A stretch of 64,000 bases of DNA from positions 189,410,001 through 189,474,000 of the forward strand of contig NC_042998.1 of NCBI RefSeq assembly GCF_006345805.1, read 5' to 3'. Made by a program: the position numbers and the translations under genes. The stretch comes from Octopus sinensis. Lineage: Eukaryota. Below the pieces are notes generated by a model that was not told the origin of the DNA, did no database searches, and was given only the letters and a program-made list of their open reading frames with translations. This document shows, piece by piece, positions 13,801 through 24,637 of this stretch. The first letter of the stretch is position 1. Each line of letters begins with the position of its first letter.

Positions 13801-16800
13801 TTCAGAACTTTTACATGAATGTGGTGGAAATGGTACAGATGTCACATACTCTACTCTTTTACTTGTTTCAGTCATTTGACTGCGGCCATGCTGGAGCACT
13901 GCCTTTAGTCAAGCAAATCGACCCCGGGACTTATTCTTTTGTAAGCCCAGTACTTATTCTATCGGTCTCTTTTGCCGAACCGCTAAGTGACGAGGACGTA
14001 AACACACCAGCATCAGTTGTCAAGCAATGCTAGGGGGACAAACACAGACACACAAACACTTATATATATATATATACGACAGGCTTCTTTCAGTTTCCGT
14101 CTACCAAATCCACTCACAAGGCATTGGTCGGCCCGGGGCTATAGCAGAAGACACTTGCCCGGACTGAACCTGGAACCATGTGGTTGGTTAGCAAGCTACT
14201 TACCACACAGCCACTCCTGCGCCTCATGCTTTATATCTTTTTGAAATTTTCTTTCCCGAGTTCAAATTCTTGTCAGGTTTAGCCTTGACCAATCATTCTC
14301 AAGTGAGATATCATCATCATCATCATCGTTTAACGTCCACTTTCCATGCTAGCATGGGTTGGACGGTTCAACTGGGGTCTGGGAAGCCCGAAGGCTGCAC
14401 CAGGCCAGTCAGATCTGGCAGTGTTTCTACAGCTGGATGCCCTTCCTAACGCCAACCACTCCGTGAGTGTAGTGGGTGCTTTTTATGTGCCACCGACACA
14501 GGTGCCAGACGAGGCTGGTGAACGGCCACGCTCGGATGGTGTTTTTTACGTGCCACTGGCACAGAGGCTAGGCGAGGCTGGCACGGCCACGATCGGATGG
14601 TGTTTGTTACATGCCACCAGCACGGAGGCCAGTCGATGCGGTACTGGCTACGGCCACGTTCGGATGGTTTTCTTATGTGCCACCGGCACTGGTATCACAA
14701 AACTACAAATTCCATTGATGTTCTAAATAAATACTAGCCACATTTTGGAGTTTATTCAATTGATTATATTTTTTTTCTTCACATTAAAAAATTATGGACA
14801 AATATAGACATGCATTTACAACAATTCATTATTTTCTTGAATGGTTTTGCATAAATTTTTCTATGCTTAGCGGAAGCTGACCAATACAAAGTGTATAGAA
14901 TTGGTAGACAGGAACCTGTTGTATGAGTGAGGTGGGAACGGTGCTGGGGGACTCCTGTATGCTGATGATCAGAGTCTCAACAACAAACAAGTTGATGACT
15001 TATTGGACAAGTTCCAAATGTTGAAACAGAATTTAGATTCAAGAGACTCAAGTCAATTTAGTAGACATAAGTTTTAGTGAGCACACAAATTAAATACTAT
15101 CAACTGGAATGTAACTAAGTAGGATATGTGGAAAGAGAGTGTGAAAGGACCCCATACACTACAACCAAGGCAAACAATGCAGGCACAAATGGTACAGTAG
15201 ACTCTCGGTCATGCTGGTAGATTTCATATGTAAAAGAAGTTAATAGCTTTTGTTACCTCAGTCATCTAATCAACAGTGGGTGCACAATTTGCAAGATTGT
15301 ATGAGAAGGAGAATAAGGAGATGGGGAGGCAGACTGCCAAAATGGTTGGGTTTGAAGGGTGGATGAGCAAAGAGCCATGAGCTGGGGAGGATAGATTGAT
15401 GAAGATATATGTATATGTACCAGTAGGAATTTGATAATCTGGCAATATTTAATAAGTATAAATATTACATTTATCAATACATCTGGCCTCCGTGCCGGTG
15501 GCATGTAAAAAGCACCATCTGACCGTGGCCATTGCCAGCTTCGTCTGGTCCCCGTGCCGGTGGCACAATAAAAGCACCAACCGATCATGGCCGTTTGCCA
15601 GCCTCGTCTGGCACCTGTGCCGGTGGCACGTAAAAAGCACCCACTACACTCACGGAGTGGTTAGTGTTAAGAAGGGCATCCAGCTGTAGAAACACTGCCA
15701 GATCAGACTGGACCCGGTGCAGCCTTCTGGCTTCCCAGACCCCAGTTGAACTGTCCAACCCATGCCAGCATGGAAAGCGGACATTAAACGATGATGATGA
15801 TCTCACACACTTACTTTTGATGAATAATCTTCAAATTAAATGAGTCTCTTTATTAAGTGTGCTATGCCCTCTCTCTCTCCCAACAAAAAAAAGTTTCATT
15901 CTTAAAATGTGTCTTTTTCTTTAGATCAAAGGTAAAAATATATCCCTACTGGCTGCATAATAAAAACCCACTAATTTCACTCATTGCTCCAAATAATTAT
16001 TATATCTTAGAGAAAAGGTTTTCAATTAACACTTTTCTTAGGGGTAATAAACTATAAAAGTGACTTACTGAGTATCTGCAGGTTATGGGCATTAAAATTA
16101 GGGGTCTCATCCATGTGTTGTAGGAGTCGTCCTGGGGTACAGATGACAATGTTGGTATACATGATCTTCTTCGATTCCTCTTTTAGGTTCTGTTCAAATA
16201 TATAGATCAACAAACAAATGTAGAAATATATATATATAAAGAGATAAACACAGAAAGATATAAATTATTTTAGTTTCTTTATTGATAAATTACAAGCTTT
16301 AAACTTTCACATCAAAATCAATAAATATTTTTTTAATACTACTTTATATAAGCAATTGCTTGGATTTCAAGTTAACCCTTAGTCACATAATACACAGTCT
16401 GAATTGTCCTTGCAAAGCTTTCATATAGATCAGGTTTCCTTTTTAACTTATTAGTAGGTGAAATAGCTGAATGGAAAGAGGTATTGGAATAATATGCTTT
16501 GAGTTTGAAATCAACAAGAAAAAATGAAATATCCTACATGCACCATTTGCACTAACTGTTGCAATTAAGTATTAAATATTTTTGAAAATGATCTATTAAT
16601 ACAAAGAAAAATTATCATGTACTTGCTTAATTATGACATGAGAACTTCTACATGGTAGAAATAGCAACCAAATCTTCCTCAAATCAAACAACCATTTTGA
16701 ACAAAGAAAGGCACATTGGATATTAAAAATGAGAAAGTCATGGCTAGAATATTTTCAATCATATATCTGTTTCTGTTTAATCAAGATTGACTTGTGACTA

Positions 16801-19800
16801 AACAACAATAACCATCTGAGATGTGCACACCTGTATAACCATATCCGATCCATGGGTCATTTTAATCCCACAGTAACTTTGATATAGAAATGTACTGAAC
16901 CTTAACGGATATAACTTAACTCCTACTATTGATAGTACATCATATGTCTTCAGATAAACAATTTCTAATCAGGCAGAAGTTACACAGGCCAACTACTCAG
17001 CTGTTATAACAAAATCCCTTTTTTTATTAGTCATGAGAAGAGAGAAACAGTGCCCATGATCTCTGCAGGCCCTGTCATAGTAGCAAGATCGATGTAGTTG
17101 ATGGTAGTCTAAGTATTTGCAAGAGAAACATGTTTGGGAGGGAACTAAGATTTGGTTCAAATGCTTGCATGTTCGTTTTTGATTTGGCCAGACACTTGAT
17201 ACAAGGTGCAAGTGATATTACTGAAATCAGGCATTTATTTTCAGAATAGACCTGTGATAAAGGCACCCAAGGACCGAGTAACATTAAATCAGGTAGCATA
17301 TTAGGCCTACTACACTGGTGTAAAGGTACCTCAAACCTCATCAAACTAAACAATATATATATATATATATATTTCATGTGCCCTTTTCAAGCCTAGCCAG
17401 GCTTATGGGCCCGGTTACCCAGTTTCTGTGGCATATGTGTTCTCCCCAGCTGGACGGTATGCCAGTCCATCGCAGCGTTACCCAAGAAACAGTAAGAAAG
17501 AGAGAAAGTTGGGGTGAAAGAGTACAACAGGGGTCACCACAACCCCCTGCTGGAGCCTCGTGGAGCTTTAGGTGTTTTTGCTCAATAAACACACACAATG
17601 CCAGGTCTGAGAATCGAAACCGCGAGTCTGCTGCCCTAACCACTGGGCCATTGTGCCTCCACATATATATATATAATAAAACATTAAAAAAAATATCCAG
17701 CAAGGAATATGCTGTAAGATTAAAATAGGGAATAATGATAAAATAAAAATAAAAGAAAACTTATTACTCACCATCCCACCAACAGTTAGACCAGCAGAAA
17801 AATCATGTTGCTTCCCAATCCGTCGAAGAACTGCAAAGGTCTGATAAGCGAGCTCTCTAGTTGGAGATATAACTAAGGCACCTAATCCATCGAGATTAGT
17901 CCATTTTTGGCAGTAGAGACATTCAAGAAGCTGAAGAACAAACATAGTTTATATTTTATAGTAAAATATTTACTTCAATGTTGTTAAGGTTACCCACCAA
18001 TAATAGCTACTAATTTAGACACAAGCCCAGTAATTTTTAGGGAAGAGGGATAGTTAATAACTATCAACCCTAGTACTTGACTGGTACATTATTTTATCAA
18101 TTTTGGAGGAGTAGGGGCTGAAACCGGACATGGTTCCTCCTGATGATGTCTTGAGCTAACTGGATCCTATAAAGGAGCTGTTGTGGTAGCAGACCACGAA
18201 ACACGTTTGTAATTCCTCAATTCTGGAAGATGAAAGACAATGTATAGGGACTTAACTAAATATCAGAAAACATTGTCTGGCATCCTTGGAAAGGCAAGGC
18301 CAGTATGTGAGAGGGCAAACTGTATGTAGGGGTTACCATTGTATCAGTTATGCTCGATATAAAAGCTTTAAAAGGGTTCTACTCTCATTATAGGCTTGAG
18401 GGATGGACATGGACTCCTTGTTGAGTTCATCTTTTATGTGCCGGGGAGTAAGTCTGAGTAGTATACAACGTTATCGACGAAGACCATGAGTGTGTCCGTC
18501 CCTGTGTTATCGACGAGGCACGAAGTGGCGAGTTCTGTGCCCGATATCGAAACAACGAACCTAAGCTCGCGGTATCGCCCACGTGCACGTGGACTCCTTG
18601 TTGAGTTCATCTTTTATAGACAAGTATTGTTTCTTTGTCCTATCAGGACGTTCTTTCACACTTGATATAACAGAATGAGAGGTATTATTAGTTTATTCAC
18701 CTATAATTTACGTGATTACTGCAGCAGATCATCTTTGATCTGGCCTGACACCTGATGCCAGGTACAAGTGATACTATTGAAGTTTGGTATTTATTTTCAA
18801 ATCCATTCTGAAATAGAGATGTTAGAATTGAAATCAGGACACCACTTCACTAGCACCTTTACAATGTTCAAAGGTCACAGAAGAGTCAGTTTCAGTACTC
18901 TTTTACTTGTTTCAGTCATTTGACTGTGGCCATGCTGGAGCACCGCCTTTAGTCGAGCAAATCGACCCCAGGATTTATTCTATGTAAGCCTAGTAATTAT
19001 TCTATCGGTCTCTTTTGCCGAACTGCTAAGTTACGGGGACATAAACACACCAGCATCGGTTGTCAAGCGATGTTGGGTGGACAAACACAGACACACAAAC
19101 ATACATATATATATGTGTGGTTAGGGAGCTTGCTTCTTAGCTACATGGTTTCGGGTTCAGTCCCACTGCGTGGCACTTTGGGCAGGTGTCTTCTGCTATA
19201 GCCCCGAGTTTACCGAAGCTTTGTGATTGAATTTGGTAGGCGGAAGTTACTGCCGTGTGTGTATGTGTGCGTGTAGGTGCTCAGTGCCTCTCTGAAAGAG
19301 AGAAAGGGATATATACACACACATATATATACATATTTACGATGGGCTTCTTTCAGTTTCCGTATTCCAAATCCACTCACCGGGCTTTGGTCGGCCCGAG
19401 GCTATAGTAGAAGACACTTGCCCAAGGTGCCACACAGTGGGACCGAACCCAAAACCATGTGGTTGGTTAGCAAGCTACTTACCACACAGCCACTCCTACG
19501 CCTAATGATGAACAACCTTAACCGGTTTTCAAACCCTACTGGGTTCTCATCAGAAGTGTCTACATCATTCTGATGGTCTCAGATTTACTACCAAGTAAAT
19601 CAAACACTTTAAATTTCACAATGCTGTTGCTGCTTTTTTGCAGTTTAGTCTGAAGGAAAGCTGTGCCATGGCATATGTCAAGTGAACCTGTGTAGAAGAG
19701 AGGGCATGCAACTAGCTAGTCCAAAGTAGGAGAGGATGTAGTAGTAGCAGTCGAAGAGTTGGAGAGCAGAAGAAAAAGTGTATCAATAATCAAGTGATGA

Positions 19801-22800
19801 CAGTGTCAATCCAGCTTTCCACTGAGAAGCTAGATGAACTGGGACATTGAAAGATGTCTGACCGCTATACTTAATAACACTGACTACAGGATCTCCTGAC
19901 TTCATGGTTGCTTATCACAATACTGCTTTGACCATCTGCTGTTCTCATTGTTTTTCAGGTCCTTAAACCTTCAGCATTTAAACCAACCATATCATCATCA
20001 TCATTTAATGTCCGTTTTCCATGCTAGCATGGGTTGGACGGTTCGACCAGGGTCTGGTAAGCCATGGAGGCTGCACCAAGCTCTAGTCTGATTTGGCAGT
20101 GTTTCTACAAGTGGATGCCCTTCCTAACGCCAACCACTCTGTGAGTGTAGTGGGTGTTTTTTACGTGCCACCGGCATAGGAGTCATAGCAGGCTGGCAAA
20201 TGGCCACGATCTGGGCCACATATTCTATCAATTTTATGTTCACTCCGACAATATCATTCTCAAAATATGCAATCACATCATTGAAATTTCAAAGTTATGA
20301 GATAAGGCTTGATCAATTTAAAGCAATGTGAATAAAAAGCATTACATTTGAAAGAGAAATCTGAATGTTAAAGAGTCAATGAATTCAAAAACAATCCACC
20401 CACAACTAAAATTTAACTTACAGGAATAAGAAAAGCTAGTGTTTTGCCAGATCCAGTTTTGGCAGCTGCAAGAACATCATGTCCCTGCAAACCAATACCT
20501 ATGGATTCTTTCTGAATTTCTGTTGGCATTATGAATCCAGAATTTTTTAGACCTGCGACAACAAAAGAAAGTAATTAAATAGAGACACTCTCAATATGAA
20601 TCATGAAGAACATTTAATAAACAACATGGTGCTAATGATGGATGGTAATAATAACTTTTTGCCTAAGTACATGACTATAAATTTTGGAGAATGGATAAGT
20701 GATTTGATTAACTCTACTATTTGACAGTTTCTCATGTTAGTGACCTTAAAGGGTGCAATGCAAAGTTAACCTCAGTAAGATATGAACTTGGAAAAGAAAG
20801 GAATGAACTAATTAATAGTATTTAATATGATGCTTTACCCCACTTCATGATTGATAGTAATGATTTCATACATAGGCAAAAGGCTATGCATTTTGAAGAA
20901 AGATTGCTGATTTAATTAAATGATGGACACATATTTCAGCAAATCTGGAAGGATGAAAGGCAAAGTTGACTTGAGCAGGATTAAATAATAATTATTTTTA
21001 ACAAAAGCCCGAGGTCAGAAATTAGGAGGACAAGGTTAATTAATTACATTGACACTTATTCTTGATTGGTATATTATTTTATTGTCTGACCCATGCCAGC
21101 ATGGAAAACAGATGTTAAATGAAGATGATGATGACCCTGGAGATATGTAAGGCAAAGTTGACGTTGGTGGGATTAGAACTCAGAATGTAAAGAGCCAGAG
21201 TACATAATGCAAAACATTTTCCTGATTCTCTAATGATTCAACCAATCTATTAAATTTGGATTAAATAATAATGATCTCTTTTAACCAGGCACAAAGAATA
21301 TTGATAAGATTACACTTAGGTTTAAATGTGTGGTGAAATATTAGAGAAACTATGATGCCAGGCTCTTAACCACATAGTAAAGAGATCAAATCATCTAGAC
21401 AAGGTACATAATTATGCTTCACACAGAATTCATGGTTGAGAAGTAGCACCTCAATTGATGGATAAGAAATCTACACATAAGGCGGCGAGCTGGCAGAAAC
21501 GTTAGCACACCGGGCGAAATGCTTAGCGGTATTTCGTCTGCCGCTATGTTCTGAGTTCAAATTCCACCGAGGTCGACCTTGCCTTTCATCCTTTTGGGGT
21601 CGATAAATTAAGTACCAGTTACGCATTGGGGTCGATGTAATCGACTTAATCCCTTTGTCTGTCCTTGTTTGTCCCTTCTATGTTTAGCCCCTTGTGGGCA
21701 ATAAAGAAATAAGAAATCAGCACACAGGAGAGGCAGCTAACTGTAAAAACACCTGCTCTAGCAATATGCAAATATAAACACACTGCATTCATGTAGTAGA
21801 GGAAAAACAGCTTGGTTGAGCCTATTCATGAGAATAATCAAACTTATCTGTACAAGTTAACAGAATGTTTGTTATATAAAACCTATTAATAGGCAGAGTA
21901 AATTGAATTTGCCTTACTAATATGCATTCATCATTCAAAGAATGCAGTGCTGGAATACAAAGTCTATATTCTTGTTTTCTTTTGTCCTATATTTGTTCAT
22001 GTTTTTAAATGTCAAAGTGAAATTTGAAAGAGATTTGGCAAGTCAACAGTGTAGAGGCTCTGTAGTATATTTACTCTGAAGATGAGGAAGCAGTGCCCTA
22101 AACGTTTCTTCAACCTTCTAAACTAGTCAAATAAATGCAGTTTGAGCTTCTACAGAGGTAATATGTGCAGTAGGAAGAAAAGATTGCATTATGGAGTTTA
22201 ACCCTTTTGATACCAACCCGGCTGAAACCAGCTCTGGCTCTGAGTACAAATGTCTTGTTTTCATAAGTTTTGAATTAAAATCTTCCACCAAACCTTAGTC
22301 ACAATTTATGTTCCCAACACTAGCTTAATGATAACTAAGTTATTTTACTAAATTCTTTGTTATATTTAAAGTAATTGAAAGAAACACAGAGCATCTCAAA
22401 ATAAATACAGTAACGAAAGGGTTAAGGGGAGATACAATACATATGACAAGAGGAAAAGTGGGGACATCAAGTGAGTTTAAATGGGTGGCCAGTAAACTGT
22501 AGCTATATCAAAATTAGTTATATTTCTCATTTTAATTGAACTTTAGGATGAAAATCACAATCTTAGGTCTTTATAATATGAAACTATCATACAAACCAAT
22601 TTGAGTGCTAACAGACAATGGGAAGTCTGTAAACTTCCTGATAGCTGCTGGGTTTATCTGAAATAAAAAGATAAATATTTTCAAACTCATATTAAATGAG
22701 GATATGCTGCATTGCAGATCCATCCAATCCTAACCATAATAAAAAGATAGATGATGATAATCATATTCTTAGTAATAGCTGCAGTACTGTGCTCCTGGTC

Positions 22801-24019
22801 AAGTCACTTTATTCTGTCAGTCTACTAAGCTGAAAGATTGACTGACAAGGCAAAAAGAGTATCCAATTGGCATTAGACATTATAAGCATCACTCTGAGAC
22901 AAAAATGGATCCACAGTCTCACCAACAGGATAACATGTCTATAGCTTGTCAGCAGTTATTGAAAATATTTGTTTTAATAATTATGTAAATATCCATATGT
23001 AAAATAGACTAGCCATCCTAAACTAGTGTAGAAAACTGAAATAGCAGGATCCAAGAAAAGTAGTGTTGGGTCTGCATCAACAATTAGTAGGTTCAAAATG
23101 TTTAGGGTTAGGGTTAGGGAAATCCGTCCCGGATTCATTGGAAATTTTTTTCCTTAGTGAAAATCGTGCTGGTGAAAAAATCAATGGGTAGGGTGAAATT
23201 TCCGAGGCTTCTACTTCACCCTACTCCGTTTTTCGGACTCCCAAAAGGGTTTTTGTAGCATATTGGGATGTCACAGGAATTCATTCAACGCAAAAAAAAA
23301 TTCCAATGATTCCGGCACAGAGTGGTGGTCCTTCCCCTCTCCCCCTTTTCCGAGCCAAAATAAGGGATTTGCAGCATATTAGGAGGTCAGGGTACTCGAT
23401 TCCACGCAAAAAATCCGAGTTTTTGTTTTTTTTCTTAGTGAAAATCGTGCTGGTGTTACTCTGAAAACTTACCCCTAGAAGCTTGAGCGACCACACAGAG
23501 AAGCCCCTTCGTTCTATCTTGGGAAAGAGAGTGAGTTTAGCTGTCGATAAACAGCTCATAGCTCTTGACAAGCAAAGAACGTATAGTAGAATATAGAGGG
23601 AACAGGGATGGAAAATAATACAACACCATGGAGAGGGGTCATCGGATACGAAAATACCTACTGGTTGTGAATATATTTCAATCCCTTTGAAAAGTTGAAG
23701 AGAGCAATAGGAAAAGATAAAGTTACAAAATCTGAACGTACTGATTACCTTTCACTATTATGAATTTCTAAATCAATAAATAATCGATATATCATAAATA
23801 AACAAATTAAAACCATATGAAATACGTTACTTGAACATGTTTCTCTTTTAGAGCTCTGATTTCAGCATCAATATTTTTTAAAGGCTTCGATGAAGTGAGT
23901 AATTCTTTTCGTTTTTTTTCTCCTTTTTTGCCAGCAAATTCCTTGTCTTTTGGTCTTTTGTCGCGTGATTTCTTTTTATGTTGAAATTTTCCAGCATTTG
24001 TACTTCGATCAGGAAACAT
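2717..24019 (-). CDS. DDX10: DEAD-box RNA helicase DDX10/DBP4; 12 coding exons in the window, 3' part lies beyond position 1
   Basis: The spliced translation is open for 474 aa. It contains the Q motif (GFIMPTEIQ), motif I (AKTGSGKT), Ia (PTRELAYQ), Ib (TPGRLL), II (DEAD), III (SAT), V ([10 protein letters not shown]) and VI (HRVGRTAR). DDX10-specific strings include LLQHMDETP and [10 protein letters not shown]. Confidence 0.96.
3019..3120 (-). CDS. DDX10: DDX10 exon 11 ([19 protein letters not shown]...KKIPIKKI)
   Basis: cag/gtgagt, 102 nt. Confidence 0.95.
3261..3472 (-). mobile_element. RTE 3'-end repeat with (ATG)n tail
   Basis: Same family core as 508-1100. Confidence 0.85.
3781..4000 (+). 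mobile_element. piggyBac-like MITE (220 bp)
   Basis: TTAA flanks, CCC...GGG termini, near-identical copies at 13282-13502 and 22202-22421. Confidence 0.85.
4512..4596 (-). CDS. DDX10: DDX10 exon 10 ([28 protein letters not shown])
   Basis: cag/gtaaga, 85 nt, motif VI. Confidence 0.97.
4770..5178 (+). mobile_element. RTE 3'-end repeat with (ATG)n tail
   Basis: Family core plus repeated gtgcyggtggcacgtaaaaagcacc units. Confidence 0.85.
5609..6095 (-). mobile_element. RTE 3'-end repeat extending to the end of the ORF
   Basis: Family core; the distal part resembles the RTE ORF end at about 31260-31320. Confidence 0.8.
6095..6698 (+). mobile_element. Probable non-autonomous Helitron
   Basis: 3' hairpin caggcaatgccggg followed by CTAG-T, matching the ends at 40536 and 53314. 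The 5' boundary is uncertain. Confidence 0.5.
7185..7347 (-). CDS. DDX10: DDX10 exon 9 (VRYIFKAL...[10 protein letters not shown])
   Basis: cag/gtaaat, 163 nt, QxxR and motif V. Confidence 0.97.
7895..8278 (-). mobile_element. 5'-truncated RTE-clade LINE (ORF C-terminus)
   Basis: Translates [20 protein letters not shown]...FAGHCCR...DREVWR, (ATG)n tail, TSD gtcatgtaat at 7885-7894 and 8279-8288. Confidence 0.9.
8535..8873 (+). mobile_element. RTE 3'-end repeat with (ATG)n tail
   Basis: Family core. Confidence 0.85.
9210..9515 (-). mobile_element. Older tRNA-derived SINE
   Basis: Minus-strand head has A box tggttcagtggtt and B-like ttcgattcc. Related sequence at about 31600-31790. Confidence 0.6.
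9877..9981 (-). CDS. DDX10: DDX10 exon 8 ([10 protein letters not shown]...[10 protein letters not shown])
   Basis: cag/gtaggc, 105 nt, motif IV. Confidence 0.95.
10630..11040 (+). mobile_element. tRNA-derived SINE family A with internal (TA)n and gagtaaaa tail
   Basis: Head gtggctgtgtggtaag...ggttcagtcc, matches 58641-59125. Confidence 0.88.
11053..11155 (-). CDS. DDX10: DDX10 exon 7 ([10 protein letters not shown]...STPSQLVQ)
   Basis: tag/gtaaat, 103 nt, phase consistent with neighbours. Confidence 0.95.
11255..11853 (+). mobile_element. tRNA-derived Meta-type SINE with body tandemly triplicated
   Basis: One head and three ~183-bp bodies containing ctttgcctttcatcctttcggggtcgataaa. TSD gaaatatgc. 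Confidence 0.85.
12670..13141 (-). mobile_element. RTE 3'-end repeat with tandem hairpin units
   Basis: Family core. Confidence 0.85.
13282..13502 (-). mobile_element. piggyBac-like MITE
   Basis: TTAA flanks, inverted copy of 3781-4000. Confidence 0.85.
13645..13759 (-). CDS. DDX10: DDX10 exon 6 ([12 protein letters not shown]...LFSATQT)
   Basis: cag/gtaagt, 115 nt, DEAD and SAT motifs. Confidence 0.97.
13848..14224 (-). mobile_element. tRNA-derived SINE family A
   Basis: Reverse complement of the 58641-59125 type. Confidence 0.88.
14310..14722 (-). mobile_element. RTE 3'-end repeat
   Basis: Family core. Confidence 0.85.
14940..15240 (+). mobile_element. Ancient RTE reverse transcriptase fragment
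   Basis: GLLYADD motif at about 14949-14969, heavily decayed downstream. Confidence 0.55.
15481..15800 (+). mobile_element. RTE 3'-end repeat
   Basis: Family core. Confidence 0.85.
16069..16189 (-). CDS. DDX10: DDX10 exon 5 (NLKEES...[14 protein letters not shown]...LQIL)
   Basis: cag/gtaagt, 121 nt, motif Ib. Confidence 0.97.
17372..17660 (-). mobile_element. tRNA-derived SINE family B with a V-domain-like 3' part
   Basis: Head aatggcccagtggttagggcagc, body shared with the 44121 and 60731 copies, contains gcgatggactggcataccgtccag. Confidence 0.8.
17772..17930 (-). CDS. DDX10: DDX10 exon 4 (LLECLY...[11 protein letters not shown]...VGGM)
   Basis: cag/gtgagt, 159 nt, motif Ia and GG. Confidence 0.97.
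18895..19503 (-). mobile_element. SINE family A with an oppositely oriented partial copy (~19115-19250) nested in its microsatellite
   Basis: Head at 19503, tail at 18895, internal plus-strand head fragment. Confidence 0.8.
19990..20212 (-). mobile_element. RTE 3'-end repeat inserted in an older piggyBac-like MITE (~19963-20379)
   Basis: Family core; the flanks carry degenerate ttaa-cc termini. Confidence 0.7.
20422..20552 (-). CDS. DDX10: DDX10 exon 3 ([14 protein letters not shown]...[14 protein letters not shown])
   Basis: cag/gtaagt, 131 nt, Q motif and Walker A. Confidence 0.97.
21481..21716 (+). mobile_element. Meta-type tRNA SINE
   Basis: Head ggcggcgagctggcagaaacgttagc, B box gagttcaaattcc, aagaaat tail. 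Confidence 0.88.
22202..22421 (+). mobile_element. piggyBac-like MITE
   Basis: TTAA flanks, copy of 3781-4000. Confidence 0.85.
22597..22657 (-). CDS. DDX10: DDX10 exon 2 ([20 protein letters not shown])
   Basis: tttcag acceptor, gtttgt donor, 61 nt, FxDFPLS upstream of the Q motif. Confidence 0.93.
23831..24019 (-). CDS. DDX10: DDX10 exon 1 (MFPDRS...ALKEKHVQ), lysine-rich N-terminus
   Basis: ATG in context aaaATG, 63 codons, donor gtaacg, phase 0 matching exon 2. Confidence 0.85.
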
Positions 24020-24041
24020 TTTGGCAACAGAATAACAAACT

Positions 24042-24047
24042 CACGTG
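24042..24047. promoter_or_regulatory. E-box CACGTG 22 nt upstream of the DDX10 ATG
   Basis: Canonical Myc/Max-type motif next to the start of a ribosome-biogenesis gene. Confidence 0.4.
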
Positions 24048-24233
24048 TACGAAGACATTTATATAAAAGAGTGGTAAAGTAAAGGGAGGCAATCAGCGCA
24101 TGTTTTTTTTTTTTTTCTTTTTCTCTTCAAAACTTTTCCCGTACAATTTCGGCTGAGTTGCTGGAACTTGTAAATTAAAAAAAATTTTTTTACCAAACTT
24201 CGCCTCCCTTCTCGGTCTTGGGCTTTCTTTATA

Positions 24234-24637
24234 GGATCTTTTCAGTTTTTTAAAATAATTTCCACGTAACTAAACACTTTTAAACTTCGTATACTGGTAG
24301 AATGTGTTTATAAAACATCTTTTTCTCTTGGCTTTATTGAGAAAATTCTATAGTTTGTAAGATATTTGTTGATTTCTTTTTCTTCAATTTCTGCAATTTC
24401 AATCAATCAATGACGTCTGTTGAGGTGAAAACATTCTGTGTCGTATGAATATGTCCCTCGTTTAAGAAACAGATTGGGTTTATTTACATTTGTGAAGAAA
24501 AAAGATACCCTTGCCCCACCCCTAACCCTAACAATAACTAACCCTAACCCTAACCCTAACTAACCTTAACCCTAAAACAGATTGAAATGCAATAGATCGA
24601 TACTAGGGTCATAATTATGGGTAACAATTGCATATGA
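24234..24637. mobile_element. Second, inverted and truncated copy of the TTAGGG-carrying MITE
   Basis: Reverse complement of about 2130-2499, CCCTAA tract at about 24520-24575, one TIR internally deleted and the other missing. Confidence 0.85.

Noticed and set aside
23101-23119. Possible telomerase RNA template
   Set aside because: Three full repeats rather than about 1.5, no recognisable pseudoknot or H/ACA domain, and the flank looks like a MITE remnant.
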